NCBI GenBank assembly: GCA_030059665.1
Contig: JANVYR010000001.1
Location: 832,087 to 856,086 of the forward strand
Origin: Candidatus Calditenuis fumarioli
Lineage (GTDB): Archaea > Thermoproteota > Nitrososphaeria_A > Caldarchaeales > Calditenuaceae
Length of the DNA: 24,000 bases
Direction of reading: 5' to 3'
The notes under the pieces were generated by a model. It was not told the DNA's origin and did no database searches. It worked only from the letters and a program-made list of their open reading frames with translations. The position numbers and the translations under genes were made by a program. This document shows positions 9,552-15,934 of this stretch, in pieces (position 1 is the stretch's first letter; every line of letters begins with the position of its first letter).

Positions 9552-10323
9552 GGATCAGGGCCTCCTCCGGCCTCTTCCCCTCGAGGACGATCGCCCGGAT
9601 CGCCCTGACTATCCCTCTCGGGTTCTCGTGCATGAAGACGTTCCTCCCTATCGTCACGCCCATGGCACCAGCCCTTACCGCACCCCACACCATCTCGAGG
9701 ACGTCCTCGTCGCGGTCGGACTTGGGGCCTCCTGCCATCACCACCGGCGCGGGGCAGGTCTCGACCACCTCCCTGAACGTCTCGGGTGATCCGGTGTAGG
9801 GGACCTTGACGACGTCGGCCCCGAGCTCGGCACCGACCCTCGCGACGTGGGCTATCACCTTCGGGTCGTTCGGGTCCTTCACGTTCTCCCCCCTCGGGTA
9901 CATCATGGCTATCAGCGGCACCCCGTACTCGTCGCACTCGTCTGCAACCATCCCCAGCTTCCTGAGCATGTGGGGCTCCGCTTTGCTGCCGATGTTGATG
10001 TGGACCGATACCGCATCTGCTCCCATCCTGAGCGCGTTCAGCACAGTCCCGTCCCTAACCTTCCAGTTCGGATCGGGACCGAGCGAGGTGCTGGCTGAGA
10101 GGTGTAGGATGAAGCCGACCCTCGGAGGTCTCGGCATGTGCTTCAGTATCCCCTTGTTCGTCAGGACAGCGGTCGCTCCTCCCTCCTCCACCAGCTCTAT
10201 CGTCCTGTAGATCCTGTCGAGCCCCTTCATCACGCCCGAGGAGACGGCGTGGTCCATCGGGATGCAGACCATCCTACCGTCCTGAGTTATCCGGGAAAGC
10301 CTCACCTGCTTGCCCCAGACCAT
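9538..10323 (-). CDS. 2-amino-3,7-dideoxy-D-threo-hept-6-ulosonate (ADH) synthase, class I aldolase family (AroA')
   Basis: VCIPMDHAVSSGVMKGLDR, GADAVSVHINIGSKAE, GADVVKVPYTG, PVVMAGGPKS, GAVRAGAMGVTIGRNVF; adjacent to DHQS II and asd. Confidence 0.92.
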   Translation of the reverse strand: MVWGKQVRLSRITQDGRMVCIPMDHAVSSGVMKGLDRIYRTIELVEEGGATAVLTNKGILKHMPRPPRVGFILHLSASTSLGPDPNWKVRDGTVLNALRMGADAVSVHINIGSKAEPHMLRKLGMVADECDEYGVPLIAMMYPRGENVKDPNDPKVIAHVARVGAELGADVVKVPYTGSPETFREVVETCPAPVVMAGGPKSDRDEDVLEMVWGAVRAGAMGVTIGRNVFMHENPRGIVRAIRAIVLEGKRPEEALIHVRR

Positions 10324-11379
10324 CTATCCCAACCTCCCGGTCGCCTTGAGGAGCTCGGCCGTCAGGATCGCTATCCCCGCTGCCCCCCTCACTAGGTTGT
10401 TCGTCAGGCTCACGAACTTCACGGTCCGCTCCGACGAGCCCTTCCTGAGCCTGCCCACGTGGACTACCATCCCGGACCTGTCGTTCGATCCCGCGTCCAG
10501 CCTCGGCTGCGGCCTGTCCTCCTCACGCCTCAGCTCGATGGGCCTCGGTGGCGCCGTGGGAAGCTCCAGCTGCTGCGGCAGCCCCCTGAAGTCCTCGAGA
10601 GCCTCCGCCACCTCCTCGAGCTTCGCCTCCCGGGATAGCGTCACCGTCAGGGCCGCCAGGTGCCCCACCAGAGTGGGCACCCTCGTGCAGGTGGCGTCGA
10701 TCGGGACCTCAGCCGGCCTGAAACCTCCGTCCTCGAAGGACCCGAGTATCTTCCTCGGCTCGAGCTCCACCTTCTCCTCCTCCCCCGGGATGTAGGGGAT
10801 GACGTTCCCGAGGATCGCCATCGAAGGGACGCCGTTGTAGCCAGCGCCCGAGACGGCCTGCATCGTGACCACGTTGACGTGCCTCAGCCCGAACTCGTCG
10901 AGGAGCGGCTTCAGGGGCATGACGAAGGCCGTCGTGGTGCAGTTCGGGGTCGTCACGATGAACCCGTCCCACTTCCTCCGCCTCCTCTGTACCTCTATCG
11001 CGTCGAGATGCTCCGGGTTGATCTCGGGAACGATCAGCGGCACGTCCTCGTGGTACCTGTTCGCCGAGGCGTCGGAGACAACCGGGAACCCGGCCTCCGC
11101 GAATTTGTGCTCCAGCTCCCGGGCCGCCTTGGTGGGGAGGCAGCTGAAGACCAGGTCGGCGTCGACCTTCGCAGGGTCCGAGGGAAGGACCTCCAGGTCC
11201 CAGTACTTCCTAGGCACGTCGCCCTTCCCCGCATAGGCCTCGACCAGCTTCTTCCCGACGGTCGTGTTCCCCGTGACCGCGCTCACCTCGAACCACGGGT
11301 GGTCCGCGAGCATCTGCAGGTAGATCTGCCCGACCATTCCTGTGGCTCCCAGAACGCACACCCTCAACTTCCTTCCCAT
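10324..11379 (-). CDS. asd: Aspartate-semialdehyde dehydrogenase (archaeal type)
   Basis: RVCVLGATGMVGQ, CLPTKAARELE, DGFIVTTPNCTTTAFVMPLKPLLDEFG, MQAVSGAGYNGVPSM, RVPTLVGHL. ATG at 11379 preceded by GGAGGTG Shine-Dalgarno (11386-11392). Confidence 0.95.
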   Translation of the reverse strand: MGRKLRVCVLGATGMVGQIYLQMLADHPWFEVSAVTGNTTVGKKLVEAYAGKGDVPRKYWDLEVLPSDPAKVDADLVFSCLPTKAARELEHKFAEAGFPVVSDASANRYHEDVPLIVPEINPEHLDAIEVQRRRRKWDGFIVTTPNCTTTAFVMPLKPLLDEFGLRHVNVVTMQAVSGAGYNGVPSMAILGNVIPYIPGEEEKVELEPRKILGSFEDGGFRPAEVPIDATCTRVPTLVGHLAALTVTLSREAKLEEVAEALEDFRGLPQQLELPTAPPRPIELRREEDRPQPRLDAGSNDRSGMVVHVGRLRKGSSERTVKFVSLTNNLVRGAAGIAILTAELLKATGRLG

Positions 11380-11385
11380 ACGAGA

Positions 11386-11392
11386 CACCTCC
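11386..11392 (-). promoter_or_regulatory. Shine-Dalgarno for asd
   Basis: Minus-strand GGAGGTG TCTCGT ATG; 8 nt from GGAGG to the start codon. Confidence 0.75.
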
Positions 11393-11405
11393 ACAAACGA
11401 AGCCT

Positions 11406-11523
11406 GAGCGGAGGGGGCAAGGATGGAGGGAATTCCATTATCCCTCCCAGAAATAGAAGTAGGTATAGGCCGTGAAGGCGAACCCGAGCAGGTTAACACG
11501 GCCCATACCTACCCCCTCCGCTC
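11406..11523 (-). promoter_or_regulatory. Candidate attenuator / 5' leader region of the asd-aro operon
   Basis: 12-bp perfect inverted repeat arms (minus strand GAGCGGAGGGGG at 11523-11512; CCCCCTCCGCTC at 11417-11406) enclosing an aromatic-rich 22-codon ORF and an inner 7-bp hairpin (GGAGGGA 11447-11441 / TCCCTCC 11431-11425). Confidence 0.6.
11438..11506 (-). CDS. Putative aromatic-rich leader peptide, 22 aa: MGRVNLLGFAFTAYTYFYFWEG
   Basis: Minus strand CGGAGGGGGTAGGT ATG GGC CGT GTT AAC CTG CTC GGG TTC GCC TTC ACG GCC TAT ACC TAC TTC TAT TTC TGG GAG GGA TAA. GGAGG 8 nt upstream of ATG; TATA box at 11543-11552. Confidence 0.55.
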   Translation of the reverse strand: MGRVNLLGFAFTAYTYFYFWEG

Positions 11524-11542
11524 GCACCTCGCGGCAAACCCC

Positions 11543-11552
11543 ATAATATAAA
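11543..11552 (-). promoter_or_regulatory. TATA box (predicted) for leader peptide + asd-aro operon
   Basis: Minus strand CGAACG TTTATATTAT GGGG; centre about 26 nt upstream of ~11522, which coincides with the 5' arm of the inverted repeat. Confidence 0.6.
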
Positions 11553-11596
11553 CGTTCGAAGCAAGGGTTCGGAGAGCAGAGCGACGCGTCGAGCGA

Positions 11597-12133
11597 TCAC
11601 GAGATCCGGCCGCCATCGCCCTGCGCCAGCTTCATGCGCCTCTCCAGGACCTTCCTCCTGGGAGCGTGGTCCCTCTTCCAGACCATTACCGTCCTCCTGA
11701 ACTCGACGACCGGCACGTTGTCCTGGTTGTATCCGACGGTCCTGACCTTGACGATCCCCATTCCGGGCCTTGATCGGGACTCGCGCTTCTCGAGGACCTC
11801 GCTCTGGGCGTACAGCGTGTCGCCGGCGTAGACGGGGTGGAGGAACCTCACCTCCTCGAACCCCAGGTTGATGGCGTTCTGGCTCACGTCCATCACGCTC
11901 AGCCCCAGCACAACGGCCAGCGTAAGGGCACTGTTGACCAGCGGTCTGCCCCACTCAGTCTCTGCGCAGTAATCGGCGTTGACGTGGATCTCGTTCGGGT
12001 TCATCGTGAGCAGCGTGAACCAGACATTGTCTGCCTCGGTCACCGTCCTCCCGTAGGGATGAACGTAGACGTCTCCCAGCTCGAAGTCCTCGAAGTACCT
12101 GCCCTCCCAGCCCCTGAAGACCCTCCCCTTCAC
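11597..12133 (-). CDS. MaoC-like (R)-hydratase family protein (mesaconyl/enoyl-CoA hydratase-like)
   Basis: FEDFELGDVYVHPYGRTVTEADNVWFTLLTMNPNEIHVNADYC... and VRFLHPVYAGDTLYAQSEVLEKRESRSRPGMGIVKVRTVGYNQ; GTG start at 12133. Confidence 0.85.
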   Translation of the reverse strand: MKGRVFRGWEGRYFEDFELGDVYVHPYGRTVTEADNVWFTLLTMNPNEIHVNADYCAETEWGRPLVNSALTLAVVLGLSVMDVSQNAINLGFEEVRFLHPVYAGDTLYAQSEVLEKRESRSRPGMGIVKVRTVGYNQDNVPVVEFRRTVMVWKRDHAPRRKVLERRMKLAQGDGGRIS

Positions 12134-12174
12134 GTCGCTCGTTCTGGAAGGAGGGCTACAAATCCTCTACGAGG

Positions 12175-12293
12175 TGCGGGGGGTGGGATTCGAACCCACG
12201 AACCCTTCCGCCCGGGTCTGGCCTGCGGGACCGGGTATCCCTTCAAGGGGGACCTTAAGCCCGGCGCCTTTGTCCTGGCTTGGCTACCCCCGC
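12175..12293 (-). tRNA. tRNA-Leu (anticodon UAA predicted), probably intron-containing
   Basis: Minus strand: GCGGGGG acceptor pairs with CCCCCGC + A discriminator; D-arm TAGCCAAGCCAGGACAAAGGCG; CCGGG CTTAAG...CCCGG anticodon stem; T-arm GTGGG TTCGAAT CCCAC. No encoded CCA. 119 nt total, about 32 nt or more above expectation. Confidence 0.8.
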
Positions 12294-12350
12294 CCCGGAA
12301 CGCATCGGCGTCCGGAGGATTTAGCTGTGGTGAGGTTGAGCTCCCCGGTA

Positions 12351-12359
12351 CGTAAATTA
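12351..12359 (+). promoter_or_regulatory. TATA-like element for leuB-like gene
   Basis: cgtaaatta about 26 nt before GTG 12381; suggests a leaderless or near-leaderless transcript. Confidence 0.4.
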
Positions 12360-12374
12360 CATCGGCGGTCGGGC

Positions 12375-13391
12375 GTGAGCGTGTTCAGGGTCTCGGTGAT
12401 CAGGGGCGACGGGATAGGGCCGGTGGTGGTGAGGGAGGCGATCAGGGTCCTCGAGGCGGTCGGCGACCGCTTCGGTCTCTCCTTCCAGTTCGTGGACGCT
12501 CCGGCCGGCGACGCTGTCCAGGCGGAGACCGGTGAGGCCCTTCCGAGGGAATCCCTCCAGAGGATAAGGGGTTCGGACGCCTGCCTCAAGGGCCCCGTGG
12601 GGGAGACGGCCCGTGACGTGATCGTGCTCCTCAGGAGGGAGCTGGACCTCTACGCCAACCTCAGACCCGCGAAGACCATGAAGGGCATACCCTCGAGGTA
12701 CGGGAACGTTGACCTGCTCATCGTGCGGGAGAACGTCGAGGACGTTTACAGGGGCGTCGAGGACGTCGGCCGGGACCACGCCGTGTCGCTCGCGGTCTAC
12801 ACCAGGCACGGAACCGAACGGATCGCTAGGGTAGCGTGCAGAGAGGCCCTGAAGAGGAGGAGGAAGGTGACGGTCGTGGACAAGGCCAACGTGCTCCTCT
12901 CCCACAGGTTCTTCAGGGAGGTGGCGTCGGAGGTGATCAGGTCCCACGGAGGGATCCAGCTCGAGTTCATGTACGTCGATAACGCCGCGTACCAGCTCGT
13001 CGTCAGGCCGGAGAGGTTCGACGTGATCCTGACCACGAACATGTTCGGCGACATACTGAGCGACGAGGCGGCCGGCGTCTGCGGGACACTCGGCGTGGCA
13101 CCGTCCGCCAACGTTGGGGACGCCTTCGGCCTCTTCGAGCCTGTGCACGGCTCCGCTCCCGACATAGATCCGGAGAGGGCAAACCCCACGGCGATGGTCC
13201 TAGCGGGTGCTATGATGCTGAGGTGGCTCGGCGAGACGAAGGGGGTCGAGGCGGCTCTGAGGGCAGCTGGTGCGGTGGAGAGGGCGGTGGAGCTCGTCCT
13301 GGCAGAGGGGAAGGTCAGGACGGTGGACCTGGGAGGGGGATCGATCGCGAGGGAGTTCTGCGACGCGGTGATCGCCAGGCTACAGGACTGA
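12375..13391 (+). CDS. leuB: 3-isopropylmalate dehydrogenase-like (isocitrate/isopropylmalate dehydrogenase family)
   Basis: IRGDGIGPVVVREAI, KGPVG, ANLRPAKT, VRENVEDVYRGVED, TVVDKANVLLSHR, MYVDNAAYQLV, TTNMFGDILSDEAAGVCGTLGVAPSANVG, LFEPVHGSAPDI. Start GTG 12375 or 12381; ORF-track start at 12174 runs through the tRNA and is not used. Substrate inferred from context. Confidence 0.82.
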   Translation: MSVFRVSVIRGDGIGPVVVREAIRVLEAVGDRFGLSFQFVDAPAGDAVQAETGEALPRESLQRIRGSDACLKGPVGETARDVIVLLRRELDLYANLRPAKTMKGIPSRYGNVDLLIVRENVEDVYRGVEDVGRDHAVSLAVYTRHGTERIARVACREALKRRRKVTVVDKANVLLSHRFFREVASEVIRSHGGIQLEFMYVDNAAYQLVVRPERFDVILTTNMFGDILSDEAAGVCGTLGVAPSANVGDAFGLFEPVHGSAPDIDPERANPTAMVLAGAMMLRWLGETKGVEAALRAAGAVERAVELVLAEGKVRTVDLGGGSIAREFCDAVIARLQD

Positions 13392-13393
13392 CC

Positions 13394-15103
13394 TCAGCCA
13401 GACGGCCCAGGCGAGGTAACCGCGCCCTTGCTCGCGGACTGGACGAGCGCCGCGTACTTCGCGAGCAGCCCTGTTCTGGCCCTCGGCGGCCTCGGCTTCC
13501 ACCCCTTCATCCTCCTCTCCAGCTCGGCCCGGTCCACGAGCAGCTCGATCCTCCCCTCCCTCGCATCGATGAGCACCCTGTCCCCCTCCTCCACCACCGC
13601 TATGGGCCCTCCGGCCGCGGCCTCGGGGGCCACGTGTCCCACCATCATCCCGCGGGTGGCACCGCTGAAGCGACCGTCCGTCACCATCGCGACCGAGTCT
13701 CCGAGTCCAGCTCCGACGATGGCCGCCGTCACCCTGAGCATCTCCGGCATCCCAGGCGCTCCCTTCGGCCCGACGTACCTGATCACGACCACGTCGCCCG
13801 GTTGGATCTCGTTGCGCCGGATCGCCTCGAACGCCGAGTCCTCGTCGTCGAAGGGCCTCGCCCTCCCCTCGAACCGCTCGATTCCCGTGGCGGCGACCTT
13901 CAGCACGGCTCCCTCCGGTGCGAGGCTCCCCCAGAGTATCCTGATCCCTCCGGTGGGCTTGATGGGGTTCGCGGGGTCCTTCACCACGTGGTCGTGCGGT
14001 ATGTCGACGAACCTGTACTCCCTCAGGCTCTCCGCCAGGGTCTTCCCCGTGACCGTGAGCGCCTCGCCCCTCAGGTAGCCGCGCTCGAGGAGCTTCCTCA
14101 GCACCAGCGGCACCCCTCCCACAGCGTCGAGGTCTGCCATCACGTACTGCCCTGCGGGTCTCATGCTCACTATGTAGGGGACCTTCCTGGAGATCTCGTC
14201 GATGTCGCGGAGCGTGAAGCTGACGCCGGCCTCGTGGGCTATCGCCAGCAGGTGGAGGATGCCGTTGGTGGAGCCACCCATCGCCATCAGCAGCACCGTC
14301 GCGTTGTAGAGGGCGTCGTAGGTCACGACGTCCCTCGCCTTGATGCCCGTCTCTATCAGGTGGCCCAGCGCCTTCCCCGAGAGGTAGCAGTACATCGCCC
14401 TCCTCGAGGAGGTCGCCACAGGAGTCGACGATCCCAGAAGCGCGATGCCCAACGCCTCCGAGAGGGAGGCCATCGTGTTAGCGGTGAAGAGGCCCGCGCA
14501 TGTCCCGACCGTCGGGTGAGCGTGCCTCTCTATCTCCATCAGCTCCTCCTCGGAGATCTTGCCGCTGACGTAGGCGCCGATCGACTCGTAGACGTCCTCT
14601 ATCGTGAGCTTCCTGTCGCCCAGGTATCCCGGCTCCGCGGAGCCCCCATAGACGTAGACTGAAGGCAGGTTGAGCCTGACCATCGCCATCATGATTCCTG
14701 GCTGAGTCTTGTCGCAACCGCCGATCCCCACGAGGCCGTCGAACGCGTGGGCCTGGACCTGGGCCTCTATCGTGTCAGCGATCAGGTCCCTGCTGACCAG
14801 GCTGTACCTCATCCCTTCGGTGCCCATGCTGATGTTGTCGTTCACCACCAGCGTCGGCACCGCGAGACCCGTGACGCCAGCGGCCTCCATCCCGGCCTTG
14901 ACGTGTCCTACCAGACCGAGCGTGTGGAAGTTGCACGGCCCGGCCTCGCTCCAGGAGACGACCACGCAGCCGAGCGGCCTGTCGATCGCCGCGTCGGAGA
15001 GACCGATGGCCCTGAGGAAGGCCCGGTGGCTCGCGTTGAGTACGCCGTGGTACCTCGCCCTGCTCGGGAGGCCCTCCTTCAGCTCCCTGACCTCCGACAT
15101 CAC
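13394..15103 (-). CDS. ilvD: Dihydroxy-acid dehydratase
   Basis: [63 protein letters not shown]. Start at 15103 or 15100. Confidence 0.95.
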   Translation of the reverse strand: MMSEVRELKEGLPSRARYHGVLNASHRAFLRAIGLSDAAIDRPLGCVVVSWSEAGPCNFHTLGLVGHVKAGMEAAGVTGLAVPTLVVNDNISMGTEGMRYSLVSRDLIADTIEAQVQAHAFDGLVGIGGCDKTQPGIMMAMVRLNLPSVYVYGGSAEPGYLGDRKLTIEDVYESIGAYVSGKISEEELMEIERHAHPTVGTCAGLFTANTMASLSEALGIALLGSSTPVATSSRRAMYCYLSGKALGHLIETGIKARDVVTYDALYNATVLLMAMGGSTNGILHLLAIAHEAGVSFTLRDIDEISRKVPYIVSMRPAGQYVMADLDAVGGVPLVLRKLLERGYLRGEALTVTGKTLAESLREYRFVDIPHDHVVKDPANPIKPTGGIRILWGSLAPEGAVLKVAATGIERFEGRARPFDDEDSAFEAIRRNEIQPGDVVVIRYVGPKGAPGMPEMLRVTAAIVGAGLGDSVAMVTDGRFSGATRGMMVGHVAPEAAAGGPIAVVEEGDRVLIDAREGRIELLVDRAELERRMKGWKPRPPRARTGLLAKYAALVQSASKGAVTSPGPSG

Positions 15104-15123
15104 CGCCTGAGGCTCCTACCCCC

Positions 15124-15129
15124 ATATAA
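15124..15129 (-). promoter_or_regulatory. TATA box for ilvD (predicted)
   Basis: Minus strand CTTATATGGG centred about 23-26 nt upstream of the start codon; consistent with a leaderless mRNA. Confidence 0.55.
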
Positions 15130-15220
15130 GCAGAAGTCAGGCCTCAGGGTCCGGAGGCGGACGGCCCCACCCCACATGTGCGGATCACGTTTTTCACGAG
15201 GAAGTGGGGGAGCAGACCGG

Positions 15221-15637
15221 ATGGCGCAGGCGCTGAGGGTCGACCCGTACAAGACGGTCTTCGTCGGGAAGAGGAAGGAGGCGGTCGCGAGGCTGAAGGT
15301 CGAGCGCGGCCAGGGGAGGGTGATGATAAACGGGATGCCCGTTGAGCTGATCGGGAACTGGGTGGTGCGCGAGAAGATTCTGGTGCCCCTGCGGCTCGCG
15401 GAGGAGGTGTGGAGGACGCACAACTTCTACATCAACGTCCAAGGAGGCGGCATCATGGGTCAGGCGGACGCCTGTGCTATTGCGATAGCGAGGGCGATCG
15501 TCGCCATCGATCCGGACCTGAAGCCCGTCATCGAGCGGTACGATTACCACCTGCTCTCCGGAGACCCGAGGAGGACGGAGCCGAAGAAGCCCAACAGGAG
15601 GTCCGCGAGGCGCTTCAAGCAGAAGTCCTACAGGTGA
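15221..15637 (+). CDS. rps9: Small ribosomal subunit protein uS9
   Basis: VFVGKRKEAVARLKVERGQGRVMINGMP...GGGIMGQADACAIAIARAIVAIDPDL...RRTEPKKPNRRSARRFKQKSYR; ATG at 15221. Confidence 0.96.
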   Translation: MAQALRVDPYKTVFVGKRKEAVARLKVERGQGRVMINGMPVELIGNWVVREKILVPLRLAEEVWRTHNFYINVQGGGIMGQADACAIAIARAIVAIDPDLKPVIERYDYHLLSGDPRRTEPKKPNRRSARRFKQKSYR

Positions 15638-15699
15638 GCCCACGGGCCCGTCACCGGCGGGTTCATAGTTTTTACGCGGCTATGGGTTGCTGAGGGGGA

Positions 15700-15930
15700 A
15701 TGCTGTTCCCGATAAGGTGCTTCAGCTGCGGCGCGCCGATCGGTCACCTCTGGGACAGATACAGGCAGATGGTCGAGTCCGGGAGGAGGCCGGGAGAGGT
15801 GCTGGACGAGCTGGGGGTGAAGAGGTACTGCTGCAGGAGGATGTTCATCACGCACGTGGAGTACATCGACGAGCTGCTCGAGTTCCACATGCAGCGCGTC
15901 CAGCAGCTCCGCAAGTCCGGAGAGAGGTGA
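15700..15930 (+). CDS. rpoN: DNA-directed RNA polymerase subunit N (Rpb10)
   Basis: MLFPIRCFSCGAPIGHLW...LGVKRYCCRRMFITHVEYIDELLEF: canonical zinc-binding pattern. Confidence 0.96.
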   Translation: MLFPIRCFSCGAPIGHLWDRYRQMVESGRRPGEVLDELGVKRYCCRRMFITHVEYIDELLEFHMQRVQQLRKSGER

Positions 15931-15934
15931 GAGA

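Noticed and set aside
11425-11447. Inner inverted repeat as an intrinsic transcription terminator
   Set aside because: Stem is only 7 bp and the downstream minus-strand sequence (CATCCTTGCCCCCTCCG) lacks a T-run, so a terminator call is not supported.
12174-12374. N-terminal extension of the leuB-like ORF, including a possible Leu-containing leader VVRLSSPVRKLHRRS
   Set aside because: It reads through the tRNA on the opposite strand and lies upstream of or across the TATA-like element; it is in the same frame as the gene and not separated by a stop, so it is not a credible leader peptide.
12357-13148. 263-aa minus-strand ORF opposite leuB-like gene
   Set aside because: Antisense shadow; no recognised motif.
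13223-14662. 479-aa plus-strand ORF antisense to ilvD
   Set aside because: Composition dominated by R/H/P/V/D typical of antisense codon mirroring; ilvD motifs are unambiguous.
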